Origin: Patescibacteria group bacterium
GTDB taxonomy: Bacteria; Patescibacteriota; Microgenomatia; UBA1400; PJMF01
DNA: 64,000 nt
Direction of reading: 5' to 3'
Assembly: GCA_041747555.1 (NCBI GenBank)
Contig: JBGTEY010000003.1
Coordinates: 19,127-83,126, forward strand
Shown here: positions 20,712 through 31,200 of the stretch, one piece after another
Position numbering within the stretch: position 1 is the first letter of the stretch
Layout of the letters: every line of letters begins with the position of its first letter
Translations under genes and position numbers: made by a program
The notes under the pieces: model-generated
Told to the model about the DNA's origin: nothing
What the model saw: only the letters and a program-made list of their open reading frames with translations
Database searches by the model: none

Positions 20712-21899
20712 ATGAGTGCGCGCCTAAACCTGCAGAAATTACTGCTTGTAGTCACCTTAGTCTTTTCATTTTTCTTGAGTGCTTTGGTGCCAACAAAAGT
20801 TGCGGCTCAAAATGCATGCAATCCCTCAATACTTGACCACAATATCGAGGCTACTTACTTTGACGATGATCCAGACAATTCGATGAATATTACGGTCAAT
20901 AATCTGATTAACGGATCACTTTATTCGATACGAGTTATCGACTCGACTGGACTTGCTCTATCTGATGTCCAAATAAATTCAGGTGGAAATGGTCAGATCA
21001 CCACTATTATAAGTGCATCACTCGATCCTGATGTTTTTGATTATGATGTTGGTCTGGTTGGATCAGTTCCTGGATTCAGGCGGGTTACACTTTTTGGCGA
21101 TGGAATAGGCGTATGTGAAATCGCTACATTTTATATTATTGAAGAAAGTCTCATTTTAGATGACTACGAAGTATATCAAAACATTGGCGGTCAACAATGT
21201 TCTGAGAAAAATGGAGGCTGTTTAAACACCACACAACCAATTGTTTTTGAGACAAGAATAATATCTGCTTCTACTGGGGATGGTGTACCCGACTTGAATA
21301 TTTTGCATAACAGGAGTGGGGCGGGCAATCAATTACCAGCAACATACCTTGGAAATGGTGTATATAGGAGTAGTCATCCCCCCATGGACGATGGAACATA
21401 CACCATGTACGTAGAGGAGAACGGAACATTAAGTAACCCAGACATAGGTGATTTTTCGTTTACCGTCTCAATTGACTGCGATTCTTGTGTCCCACCTGGA
21501 GACATTACTGACGATTCAGTCAATCCAGTCGAAGATATTTACAACTTTTGCAATCAAATCAACGACGCTTCTCAACGCGCTGACTGCCTTGACTGTGCTG
21601 GAGGTCGGGGTGATTACAACGGTGTCTGGACTGCAGTCGGCTGTATTTCAAGAGAGCCAACCAGCATTGCGAGGACCTTCATTAGAATTGGTCTCGCTAT
21701 GTCAGGCGGTGTTGCTTTGCTCATGATTCTTGGTGCTGGCTTTATCCTTGCTACATCAGAAGGAGACCCCAAGCGCACTTCTGAAGCCAAAGAAATGGTG
21801 ACTGCAGCGGTGGTCGGATTACTATTTGTGATATTCTCAGTTGTAATTCTACAATTTATTGGATTTACCATCCTACAAATACCTGGGTTCGGAGGATGA
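20712..21899 (+). CDS. Large TrbC/VirB2-like pilin-domain protein (variable Cys-containing N-domain)
   Basis: Signal ending VAA|Q; C-terminal GAGFILATSEGDPKRTSEAKEMVTAAVVGL two-TM pilin motif. Confidence 0.72.
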   Translation: MSARLNLQKLLLVVTLVFSFFLSALVPTKVAAQNACNPSILDHNIEATYFDDDPDNSMNITVNNLINGSLYSIRVIDSTGLALSDVQINSGGNGQITTIISASLDPDVFDYDVGLVGSVPGFRRVTLFGDGIGVCEIATFYIIEESLILDDYEVYQNIGGQQCSEKNGGCLNTTQPIVFETRIISASTGDGVPDLNILHNRSGAGNQLPATYLGNGVYRSSHPPMDDGTYTMYVEENGTLSNPDIGDFSFTVSIDCDSCVPPGDITDDSVNPVEDIYNFCNQINDASQRADCLDCAGGRGDYNGVWTAVGCISREPTSIARTFIRIGLAMSGGVALLMILGAGFILATSEGDPKRTSEAKEMVTAAVVGLLFVIFSVVILQFIGFTILQIPGFGG

Positions 21900-21903
21900 T
21901 GAA

Positions 21904-22566
21904 ATGAATACCGGAGTACTTAAAGCAATACTTGCGCGACTCAGTCTTCACCTTCTTGCTGTCGTGGTGTTATTTGGTATTTCTCTGATCGGGAATCCTG
22001 CAAAAGTGTCCGCTCAAAACATATTGCAATGTGGCACAGCTTTTTATTCAGATGAAGACCCCCCACCAATATGCCAATGTAGTTCTGGGGAAAGTCCATA
22101 CTTTGGTGATCTCGTCTGTTGCGGCTGGGTTTTCTCAAATCCAGATACCGGACAGCTTGCATGTGTTAGCACAAACTCAAATCCTTTTGACCCAGATATA
22201 GAGGGTGGCGACATTATTATCACCGAAGGTGTCTCAAATGCTACATTTGACATTCTCAATCCACTCCAAATTGGTGGTGGGGAAAACATAAATGTCGAAG
22301 CAGCCTCAGACTTTGCGACAGATCTCTCCACCCCTGGCGGTATAGTCACTAGACTACTTGAATTTGCCTTTCCCTTGGCGGGGTTATTGCTGTTCCTCAT
22401 GCTTGTCTGGGGTGGATTCGAAATCTTGGCTGGATCTGCCACCAAAAAATCAGTTGATGCAGGAAAACAAAGAATTACCGCAGCAATTCTGGGATTTTTA
22501 CTCCTGTTTGCAACCTACTGGATAGGACAACTACTCGAGGTGGTTTTTGGGGTAGTGATTCTTTAA
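21904..22566 (+). CDS. TrbC/VirB2-like pilin-domain protein (Cys-rich N-domain)
   Basis: GGAGG SD before ATG 21904; VSA|Q; WGGFEILAGS..KKSVDAGKQRITAAILGF. Confidence 0.72.
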   Translation: MNTGVLKAILARLSLHLLAVVVLFGISLIGNPAKVSAQNILQCGTAFYSDEDPPPICQCSSGESPYFGDLVCCGWVFSNPDTGQLACVSTNSNPFDPDIEGGDIIITEGVSNATFDILNPLQIGGGENINVEAASDFATDLSTPGGIVTRLLEFAFPLAGLLLFLMLVWGGFEILAGSATKKSVDAGKQRITAAILGFLLLFATYWIGQLLEVVFGVVIL

Positions 22567-22627
22567 AGAATTTAAAAAAAACGCGAATGACCGCGCGCGC
22601 TCTTTAGGTGCATTCGAGCACTTCAAC

Positions 22628-23350
22628 TCAGCCAGAACCAAATCGTCTCTCTCTGCGCTGATACTCCTCAATTGCCTTATCTAACTCCTCTGGAGTGAAG
22701 TCGGGAAAAGTTACCTTGGGAAAGTAGCATTCAGCGTACTGCCCTGACCACAACAGAAATCCAGACAATCGCTGCTCACCACTGGTGCGAATGATTAAAT
22801 CTGGATAGGGATACTCACTCGTCTCAAGATACGCTTCGAAGTATTTCTCGGTGATTTGCGACACATCAAAGTCATTGCCCTCAGATGCAACGTGCTGTAC
22901 TAAGTCTTTCACACCGCGTACAATCTCATTTCTCCCGCCATAGTTCATGGCAATAACTACAGTCATGCCGGTGTTATTTTTAGTTTTCTCAACTCCTTCT
23001 CTAATTCGATCCTGTATATCTGGTGCTAACTGCTCAATCTCCCCAATATGTTTGACCACCATGTTTTTTTCGTGAAATTTTTCAATCTGCTTATCGAACA
23101 TGGAGCGAAATAGATTCATGAGCCCCTCAACTTCTTTTTTCTCCCGATCCCAATTTTCTGTACTAAAAATCCAAAATGTCACGCACTCTACTCCAAGCTC
23201 AGCTGCACGATCAACCAACGGCTCAATTGTTTTATTCACCGCATGTTCGTGACCCCGAAACACTTCCCAGCCATGACTCCGCGCCCACCGGCGATTTCCA
23301 TCGCAAATTATGGCTATGTGCTTAGGAATTGTGGAGATATCTGGTTGCAT
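22628..23350 (-). CDS. uppS: Undecaprenyl-diphosphate synthase (cis-prenyltransferase)
   Basis: HIAIICDGNRRWA, FSTENWDR, NYGGRNEI, PDLIIRTSGEQRLSGF, RERRFG. Confidence 0.95.
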   Translation of the reverse strand: MQPDISTIPKHIAIICDGNRRWARSHGWEVFRGHEHAVNKTIEPLVDRAAELGVECVTFWIFSTENWDREKKEVEGLMNLFRSMFDKQIEKFHEKNMVVKHIGEIEQLAPDIQDRIREGVEKTKNNTGMTVVIAMNYGGRNEIVRGVKDLVQHVASEGNDFDVSQITEKYFEAYLETSEYPYPDLIIRTSGEQRLSGFLLWSGQYAECYFPKVTFPDFTPEELDKAIEEYQRRERRFGSG

Positions 23351-23399
23351 AGGACTACCTTTGGATGAAGAACGGTCAATTTTTGAGCAGTAATTAGTA

Positions 23400-24227
23400 T
23401 TAATCTGTGATTTCTTTCACTATTTTTGTACCAACATGTCGAGTATTTTTGAGCGCTGCAGTGATTTCACCGTATTTCGTAGCATTAATAATTTGCGCAG
23501 GAACCCCGCGTTCCGCCATCACAAGTGATTGCATCACCTTATGATTCATACCACCAGTAACATCGAGTCCAGCGGACTCACCAAGAGCTTGCGTGTGTTG
23601 TTTCACTGTATCCGGTGTTAAGAAATCAATTGTCTTACCTGTAGCATCCAACACTCCCTCAGTAATGCCACAATGTAGTATTGTATCAAATTGCCACCCC
23701 TTTTGTCCCATCTCATCCGAGACATACTCTAGAACTCGCTCTGTAGAGAAAATCGTACACCCATCATTTTGATCAAAAATTACATCGCCGTGTACGACAG
23801 GAATGCATCCAACCTGGAGTGCATGCTCAATGCCTTCAATCCATACCCGCTCTAATTCATGGTCTTTGGCAATAAATATTGATTGAGGACTAACTGAAAC
23901 TACTGGTACACCAGCTGCAATCAGTGCCGACATAACCATGTAATTCAAGTTGCGCATCGCGTGAGAAACTTGAATAACACCTTCTTGACTTGAATCGTTC
24001 ACCCAACCCTTGTGTGTTTGATATTTTTTAGCCAGGACATGCCCAAATGACCCTGCGCCGTGTCCTAGAATCACCGGCCCACAGTCAGGCAACACTTCTG
24101 CAAGTTCTTTACAGATTTGACGCAACATTTGTTCATCAAGTGCAAATTCCTGTGTTTTGTCAGTGATAAGAGATCCGCCTAATTTGATGAGTGTGACAGG
24201 CCTTTGCTGGTAAGTTAGTTTGTGCAT
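23400..24227 (-). CDS. ipk: Isopentenyl phosphate kinase (amino-acid kinase fold)
   Basis: IKLGGSLITDK, HGAGSFGHVLAKKY (IPK-signature His), PVVHGDV, IFSTE, DVTGGMNHKV. Confidence 0.88.
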   Translation of the reverse strand: MHKLTYQQRPVTLIKLGGSLITDKTQEFALDEQMLRQICKELAEVLPDCGPVILGHGAGSFGHVLAKKYQTHKGWVNDSSQEGVIQVSHAMRNLNYMVMSALIAAGVPVVSVSPQSIFIAKDHELERVWIEGIEHALQVGCIPVVHGDVIFDQNDGCTIFSTERVLEYVSDEMGQKGWQFDTILHCGITEGVLDATGKTIDFLTPDTVKQHTQALGESAGLDVTGGMNHKVMQSLVMAERGVPAQIINATKYGEITAALKNTRHVGTKIVKEITD

Positions 24228-24247
24228 AGTGTTTCCATTCGCAACCT

Positions 24248-24255
24248 ATTATAAT
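24248..24255. promoter_or_regulatory. Overlapping divergent -10 boxes (ATTATAAT) between ipk and the pilin array
   Basis: TATAAT on + at 24250-24255 and on - at 24248-24253. Confidence 0.5.
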
Positions 24256-24694
24256 GGTAATCACCAATATGTTCACTAGAGGAAAATCTCAATCTGCACA
24301 AGTAGTACCTCATTTTTTTATGGTGGTTTTGGTATTTTTTGCCTTATTTTTTGGTCTGTCACATCCAGCGCAAGCACAATGCGATCCCGGCAATGGAAGT
24401 ATTAACCTTGGAGAATGTTTGCGATTGAGTAATGATCAAGGTGTAGGTGAAGTTTACGAAAGCCCTGCATTTTTGGTAAATTTAATCGTAAGAAATTTGT
24501 TTGTTGCTGGGGCAGTCATTCTATTCCTCATGGTATTTTATGCAGGGTTTCTCTTTGTATTTAAAGGCAAAAAAGGTGTTGAGGATGCAAAAGCCGTTGC
24601 CACCAATGCTATTATTGGGTTTGTGGTCATGTTTTCTGCATACTGGATCGTACAAATCATCGCGGTCGTCACGGGCACTAATATACAACTCTAA
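24254..24694 (+). CDS. TrbC/VirB2-like pilin
   Basis: AQA|Q; YAGFLFVFKGKKGVEDAKAVATNAIIGF; alternative ATG at 24269. Confidence 0.75.
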   Translation: MVITNMFTRGKSQSAQVVPHFFMVVLVFFALFFGLSHPAQAQCDPGNGSINLGECLRLSNDQGVGEVYESPAFLVNLIVRNLFVAGAVILFLMVFYAGFLFVFKGKKGVEDAKAVATNAIIGFVVMFSAYWIVQIIAVVTGTNIQL

Positions 24695-24697
24695 AAC

Positions 24698-25159
24698 ATG
24701 AACATACCTACACCAGTACATACTTGGCACAAATTTGCTTCTAAAACACCATTTTTGATGGCCGCATTGCTCGTAGTTGTTGTTTTTTTCTCCGCATATT
24801 CGCCTGTTTTAGCACAGATTGATGATATTGGCACGATTGATGTACCACCTGGTGTTGAACAATACAACACAAGCTCTGGTGCCGATATTGGCCTCGTGTT
24901 TTTCATCTCAAGAATGATTAGACTTGCGACTCTTGTTGCTGGATTGTGGGTCACCGCAAATACCATGATGGCGGGATATGTCTATCTTTCATCACAGGGA
25001 AAAGCCGATGCACACGGGAGAGTTCGAGACATTCTAACCATGAGCACCATCGGTCTGGTTCTAATTGTGACTGCCTACACCGTTGCGGGACTTTTAAGCT
25101 TGTTGATTTTTGGCGATCCCCTTTTTATTCTGAATCCTACTATTGAAGGGCCAGCATGA
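24698..25159 (+). CDS. TrbC/VirB2-like pilin
   Basis: VLA|Q; AGYVYLSSQGKADAHGRVRDILTMSTIGL. Confidence 0.72.
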   Translation: MNIPTPVHTWHKFASKTPFLMAALLVVVVFFSAYSPVLAQIDDIGTIDVPPGVEQYNTSSGADIGLVFFISRMIRLATLVAGLWVTANTMMAGYVYLSSQGKADAHGRVRDILTMSTIGLVLIVTAYTVAGLLSLLIFGDPLFILNPTIEGPA

Positions 25160-25725
25160 TTTCAAACATCATAAACCGAATCAAGTCATTCGCAATTCAC
25201 ACCGCAGTGATACTTGTGGTGTTTTGTGTCCCATTTTTTATCAACGCTCCCGTAGCTCAAGCACAATGCACAGGACCCGAACACGCTGGAAATTGTGTTG
25301 ATAATCGCACATGCATCAACTATCAAGGAGCATGGGTGGCGTTCGGTGCTGAGTGCGGATCTTCTTCTATTGGTGGTGTTCGAGCCCCCCAAGGTGTACA
25401 TCAATATAATCTTCTTGCTGGCACATACGGCTCAACTACTGCCAGTGGCCTGGTTGTGTTTGCCTCTAGAGCTATGCAGCTTGCGAGCATAGTTGCCGGG
25501 ATTTTCATGATGATCAACTTGGTTCGTGCGGGCTTTATTTATATCACCAAATTTGACCAAACATCAGCGCATCAGGAAGTACGAGATCTCCTCACTTACA
25601 GTGTGGTCGGTCTAGTAATCATGGTTTCTGCGTATGCTGGAGGTGGATTGATTGGTCTGGTATTCTTTGGAGACGCCACATTTGTTCTCAGTCCAACACT
25701 TGAGGGAGCAGTTCCACCACCGTAA
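25156..25725 (+). CDS. TrbC/VirB2-like pilin with 4-Cys N-domain
   Basis: AQA|Q; AGFIYITKFDQTSAHQEVRDLLTYSVVGL. Confidence 0.7.
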   Translation: MISNIINRIKSFAIHTAVILVVFCVPFFINAPVAQAQCTGPEHAGNCVDNRTCINYQGAWVAFGAECGSSSIGGVRAPQGVHQYNLLAGTYGSTTASGLVVFASRAMQLASIVAGIFMMINLVRAGFIYITKFDQTSAHQEVRDLLTYSVVGLVIMVSAYAGGGLIGLVFFGDATFVLSPTLEGAVPPP

Positions 25726-25777
25726 TAGTTAGATCGCCATCTGGTTTAACAACAGGTAGCTGGTATATAATGCAAAT

Positions 25778-26152
25778 ATGAAACTTTTCGTACCACAGCT
25801 AATTGCACAATTTGGAGGAGGTTTTGAACCTCCTGTTGATAATACATTCACCCAAGGTGCTGATTCGACACCAGAGGCAAACTTAGAAGTTATCGTGTCT
25901 AATATGCTTGGTGTGGTGACAGTTTTTGCAGGATTATTTTTCTTAATTTACTTTCTTATCGCTGCGTTTAAATGGATTTCTGCTGGTGGCGACACAGGCA
26001 AAGTTCAGGCTGCGCGCGATCAAATCATGAATGGAATTCTTGGATTAGTCATGGTGGTTGGCACGTACACAATTGTCGCCATAATTGGCGTCATCGTTGG
26101 ATTTAATATCTTGAATCCAGCAGCAATTATTAGAGATACATTGGTACCGTAA
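25778..26152 (+). CDS. TrbC/VirB2-like pilin
   Basis: AAFKWISAGGDTGKVQAARDQIMNGILGL; TATAAT 6 nt before ATG. Confidence 0.78.
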   Translation: MKLFVPQLIAQFGGGFEPPVDNTFTQGADSTPEANLEVIVSNMLGVVTVFAGLFFLIYFLIAAFKWISAGGDTGKVQAARDQIMNGILGLVMVVGTYTIVAIIGVIVGFNILNPAAIIRDTLVP

Positions 26153-26611
26153 ATGAAAATAGCTGCAAATATCAATCAAATTCTCCGTACAAATCTAGGA
26201 ATCATATTTGTAGGACTGGTTATTCTACTGATGACAACATCCCCTGTGTCTGCGCAGATCACCAATCCAGTTATCGGTGAATTAGGTCAGGGCATCGGTG
26301 ATACGAGCGGCGACGAAAAATCAGCAGAGCTATTTGCCAACTTTTTTGTGAGCATTTGGCAAGCAGTGATTATGTTTGGTGGATTAACGGTGTTAGTGTT
26401 CTATATTTGGGGCGCATTTGAGTGGATTACTGCAGGAAGCGATACGAGCAAAGCAGAAAAAGCTCGATATAGAATCACCAATGCAACAATTGGCCTCATA
26501 CTGCTTATTAGCACATTTGTCATTGTTGGTTTTGTCAGCACCGCGCTCTTCGGAGAAGAGTTCCAAATTCTTAACTTAAGCCTACCAACCACACAAATTG
26601 GCGCACCATAA
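26153..26611 (+). CDS. TrbC/VirB2-like pilin
   Basis: VSA|Q; WGAFEWITAGSDTSKAEKARYRITNATIGL. Confidence 0.78.
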   Translation: MKIAANINQILRTNLGIIFVGLVILLMTTSPVSAQITNPVIGELGQGIGDTSGDEKSAELFANFFVSIWQAVIMFGGLTVLVFYIWGAFEWITAGSDTSKAEKARYRITNATIGLILLISTFVIVGFVSTALFGEEFQILNLSLPTTQIGAP

Positions 26612-26623
26612 ATAAGGAAAACC

Positions 26624-27031
26624 ATGCTACTCTCCACTCTTATCGCTCAAGCAGAAATTAACCTCGGGCAAACAGCGATTGATCAAGGACTGCCTGGCAC
26701 CGCAGATGTTGATACCGCAGATTATGCCGGCGCCTTTGGAGTAATTCTTGGCAATATCATGAGTTTTGTGATGGTAATTGCCGCTCTTGCGGTACTTTTA
26801 TACCTCATCTGGGGTGCTGTTGAATGGATTACTGCTGGAGGAGATTCCGGAAAAGTAGAAAAAGCACGAACCAAAATGATGAATGCGATTATCGGTATTA
26901 TTGTTTTGTCTGCCGTAACAGCGATCTTTATGCTGATTCAAGAATTTTTAGGTCTGGAATTGCTTGATTTCGGAGGTGGTGGTCGATTTGATGATGTTGA
27001 CCTTGGGGGTGGTGGAGATGGCAGAAATTAA
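26624..27031 (+). CDS. TrbC/VirB2-like pilin
   Basis: WGAVEWITAGGDSGKVEKARTKMMNAIIGI; AAGGA SD. Confidence 0.78.
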   Translation: MLLSTLIAQAEINLGQTAIDQGLPGTADVDTADYAGAFGVILGNIMSFVMVIAALAVLLYLIWGAVEWITAGGDSGKVEKARTKMMNAIIGIIVLSAVTAIFMLIQEFLGLELLDFGGGGRFDDVDLGGGGDGRN

Positions 27032-27102
27032 TCATCACCTCTGCATCAACACCGCGATCGCTGCATTCAGCGAAATCAAAACCCTCAACTAAAGTAAAGC
27101 AC

Positions 27103-27166
27103 TTGACGTACGAAAATAAATCCATGTATAATGAATTAGTTGAAGTAAGTACTTGAGATTAAGGAG
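27103..27166 (+). promoter_or_regulatory. Near-consensus sigma70 promoter and SD for the putative major pilin
   Basis: TTGACG (27103-27108), 18-nt spacer, TATAAT (27127-27132); AAGGAG at 27161-27166. Confidence 0.7.
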
Positions 27167-27170
27167 TCAA

Positions 27171-27605
27171 ATGACAAGACCAACATTCGATCGAGTAAAA
27201 CAGTATGCTGGATATGTTGCTACCTCAGCAACTGCCCTCGCACTATCTGCAAGAGGTGTTCTCGCCCAAGATGGAATTGATATCGGCACAGTTGAAACTG
27301 GAACTGGTTTTGCAACTGACCTTGGCTCAGTGATTACCGCTGTTCTTAGTTTTGTAATGATCATCGCTGCTCTGCTCGTCTTTCTCTACCTCATCTGGGG
27401 TGGAATTGAGTGGATCACATCTGGTGGTGACAAAGGAAAAACAGAAAGTGCTCGAAACAAAATTACGAGTGCTGTCGTGGGTATGATTATCCTCGCTGCT
27501 TCCTATGCAATACTGCTGCTCATCCTCAGATTCATCGGATTTGAAGACCTCGCAGATGTATTCGGTCAAGCATCAACTATTAATGAAGCTGGAGGCGCTG
27601 AATAA
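27171..27605 (+). CDS. TrbC/VirB2-like pilin, probable major subunit
   Basis: VLA|Q; WGGIEWITSGGDKGKTESARNKITSAVVGM; has its own promoter, SD and terminator; ATG 27171 preferred over TTG 27153. Confidence 0.8.
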   Translation: MTRPTFDRVKQYAGYVATSATALALSARGVLAQDGIDIGTVETGTGFATDLGSVITAVLSFVMIIAALLVFLYLIWGGIEWITSGGDKGKTESARNKITSAVVGMIILAASYAILLLILRFIGFEDLADVFGQASTINEAGGAE

Positions 27606-27639
27606 CTTCCTGTATCACAACATTGCTTGTGAAAATAAT

Positions 27640-27666
27640 AAAAACCCCTCTCCGGAGGGGTTTTTT
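27640..27666 (+). terminator. Rho-independent terminator
   Basis: AAAAACCCCTC-tccg-GAGGGGTTTTTT hairpin with U-tract. Confidence 0.85.
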
Positions 27667-27739
27667 AGTGCTGCAGGATTAGTCTGATCACACCCCACTC
27701 CACTCGCCTGATATTTAATAATCAGGTATACTACAGTTC

Positions 27740-28177
27740 ATGAAACCAACTCAAGAAAAGAAATCGCCTTTAAAACCGAAGGTCTCTGCGCTGGTTACAA
27801 ACGGCACCGCGTTCATCCTTAGTTTCTTTATTTTTGCCCAGCAAGCATTTGCTCAAAGCGCTTGGTCTGGCGTTTGTGTTGGTGGAGATGACAATGATGT
27901 TGCCACAATTCAAGGTCTAGAGTGCCTCATTGCCAATGTGTTTCAAGTAATTTTAACCGTTATTGGCTTGGCTGGTTTTGTAATGATGATTGTCGGTGCG
28001 TTCCGCTGGCTAGTTTCAGGTGGAAATACTAAGGGCGTCGAGTCTGCGCGCAATACCATTACCTTCGCTGTAGTAGGGTTGGTTGTGGCACTGAGCGCAT
28101 TTATCGTTCTCAACTTGATCGCATCATTCACTGGCGTCAACGTTATCACCTCGTTTGTGATTCCTGAGTCAACGTAA
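27740..28177 (+). CDS. TrbC/VirB2-like pilin (Cys pair)
   Basis: AFA|Q; ATIQGLECL; VGAFRWLVSGGNTKGVESARNTITFAVVGL; TATACT 7 nt before ATG. Confidence 0.8.
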   Translation: MKPTQEKKSPLKPKVSALVTNGTAFILSFFIFAQQAFAQSAWSGVCVGGDDNDVATIQGLECLIANVFQVILTVIGLAGFVMMIVGAFRWLVSGGNTKGVESARNTITFAVVGLVVALSAFIVLNLIASFTGVNVITSFVIPEST

Positions 28178-28234
28178 GTTTTATCACCAACTCACTTGGT
28201 TTTCCTCACCTCAATACCCTGATATACTATCCTT

Positions 28235-31200
28235 GTGTTGAAAAACCTCTTCTCGCTAGCGGTATTTTTTGTGATGGTCGTCTTTGGACTATTCTCGGCA
28301 AATGCTGCACAAGCACAAACTGTGGGCTCACACCTAGGTGTAGGAGACATTGGTGGCCAAATTAGTAACATACAGGTGCTCAGGGCAAATGGTGCGGGTC
28401 AAGGTTTTCCGGTAACTGCTCTACTCAATGTCAACACCGCTGGCAATAACGAGCAAAGCATGCGAGATTTGCAGTTTGAGATTACTGAAGCGGGCTTTTA
28501 TCCCATTATTCGTATTACCCATGTGTGTGATCCTGCGCTGACTGAACCCTTTGTTAGAGCGGCTATTGATAATATTAACGCTACCTTTACTCAAGAACAC
28601 ACTATTGTTTATGGAAATGAAGTCAATAATGCTGCGGCAGAATGCCCTGACCCAGAGCAATATGTTCGGGAATACAACTGGATTAATGATATGGCCAATG
28701 TGGTGCCGGCAGCACTTGACTTTTACAACGGAGATTTCCCTACAAGCACATTCTTTACTGCTGGAAATGGAAGTGCAGGCACAATCTATAGCGGTAACGG
28801 ACCATTTGCTGCAAATGCCTATGGCTGTGTTGGTACGCTTGACCCAACTTGCGAACCTGCTACCACCGACACTCACGAACAAGGATATGCTCGCTATTCA
28901 AGTGCAGACTATTACATCCTCACCGAATTCTCACTCTCGCCCGAGGGTCGTGTGCCCGGAGCTCCAGACACCAACCTCGAAAAAGTTATTGAATTCATTC
29001 AAGGTCGCGCTGGAGACACTGGCGCCCGTTACATCACTCCCCTCGTCAGAAACGTCTGCAACAATGAAGGAGAATGGCTTTTGTACGTCAACGGCAGGCT
29101 ATTCACCATGAATAGTACCGAGGTTACCGATAATTGTGAGGGAAATCCTGGCGGGTATGGGGATGGATACCCATTTTATGATGTGAGTGATTCAGATTTT
29201 TACATTACTCCAATCAAATCACTGGGGCTGAACATCGATCCAGCGGCCAAATCTGCAGCAATTCGATCAGAACTTGCTCAATCTGGATACGAAGCATACT
29301 GCGCAATGGATGGAATAACGGTTCGCCCTGAATATAACTCAATGGACCTGATCAATCGCTTTTTGGAATTGCAAACAGAAGGGCGTGCCGATCCACTCCT
29401 TGGCGCAACCGCCAACTCTGTAGCGGTTCTAGACTTTACTACTGCTAAAACACCTGTTTGGCGAGATGTCGGTGTTGGCACTCGCAGATTTATGATGACA
29501 TCCCTTGAGGAATATTTTTCGTTCAAAGACGTGTATGACGTACCAGGCTCAACAAACGCAACTCGAGAAGTGGCTTCAGGAGCTATAAACTCACTCCTCA
29601 CCACACACCAACGCTGTGTTCAGTCTGCAAAAACAATCGTCGCAACCCAATTAATGTGTGAAAAACTTGAAGATCTTGGATCGTCGTGCGCATTGCGATC
29701 GAGAGAGGTCCCTGGGACCAACTATACGATGCAAACAATTATTGATGAGATGAATAAAGTAGCAGAAGCAACGGGCAATCACCCTAGAGCTGGAGAGGAA
29801 GTAGCATTTTGCGATGATGTTATTTACGACTTTGAGGAAATTTCTGAGATCACGCAAGAATTCAGGAAAGGTATCTTGAACGTCAATCTGCACATGGATC
29901 GAGCGTATAGATTAGCCTTTTTGGTTGCGCGGATTACAACACTTAGCCCTGGAGATGGCACGTTTGCGAATATGTTTAACTTCTTTACCGGAACCACCCG
30001 ATCTGGAATACCTCGAGATGAGGTGCTCATTATTGCTTTTAAAGTGCCAGATTTTGCTACAAACAGGGGTGGTGGTGAATCGAGTGGCAGCTACTACTGG
30101 GAAGACGCAGCATACTTAACCAGAAACGCACTCATAACTAAAGATAGAATCGCAGAAATAAATGACGAACTTAGAGCTGCGAAACGAAATGAGATCGAAG
30201 CAAACGCCAATAGTGCTGGAAATCGCTCGCAAGGTACGGGTGACAAGATTTTCTGCATCGATGGCGCATTTCCTGATGGAAACGGCTCACAAGCATGCAA
30301 AACACCCGTCGGCAAAGCTGTCGTCGACATTATTAACGGCAATGGCACCGCATGCTCAGAAGATATTGAGCCAGCAAATCAAATCTCTGATGCCGCCGGA
30401 CTCAATCCTATCCCCCCAGAGCAAAACACGGGCAAAATTTTCACCGCAGAGAATGGCGGAGATGTACTGATGAATCTATTTTTCGGAGATGGCACCCACC
30501 TCAGAAATGACGTCTACGATCCTCAAGCAGCCCGCACCACCCCCCAAGGTGCGACCTTTGGACAATTTCAAACAGTCTGGGATATCACACCAGATAGCTG
30601 GCCACCCACAGTTGGAAGTACTTCTGTTGAATTTTACTTAACATACCCGGCTGGATTTGAACAAGAATACATTGAACAAGTGTTAGCCGGCACCTTTTTT
30701 ACCCAACAAGAACTGGCTAACATCAGGGGGGAGAATCTAGAGATACCCGCTGATCCCGAACTTAAGGATCGATTCTCGATGATTGGTGGGCTGTTTGGAT
30801 TAAACACGGGCTCAATAAGTCATACATTTACCGATCCAGATGACTGCGAACTCGTAGAGCCAGAACCCATCATTGATCCAGAAACAGGTGAAGAAGTTAT
30901 CTATCCATACATTGATCCTGAAACCAAAAAACTCATCACAGGCCCTCCTCCACCCACTGAGGTTTGTAAAGAAAAAACCTTTTCGATCTCAATCGATACC
31001 GACCCTGTCGACTCGGTGCAGATTCTCGGCGCACGAATTGGCTTCTGGTCACGAACTGCACAACTCAAAATCAGCAGCTACTTCAGTCAGTCGCACGCAT
31101 ACCTTCTCTCTTGTAGCACCACAGAAGAATTCTTATTGGGAAATTGTGCCGGTGGTGCTCCCCCAGTTATTGCGGATCCAGTCCCAGATATTCCTCCGGT

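Noticed and set aside
20712-28177. Type IV (PilA-type) pilins
   Set aside because: No G|FTLIE class III signal; the two-TM core after a cleavable leader fits TrbC/VirB2 instead
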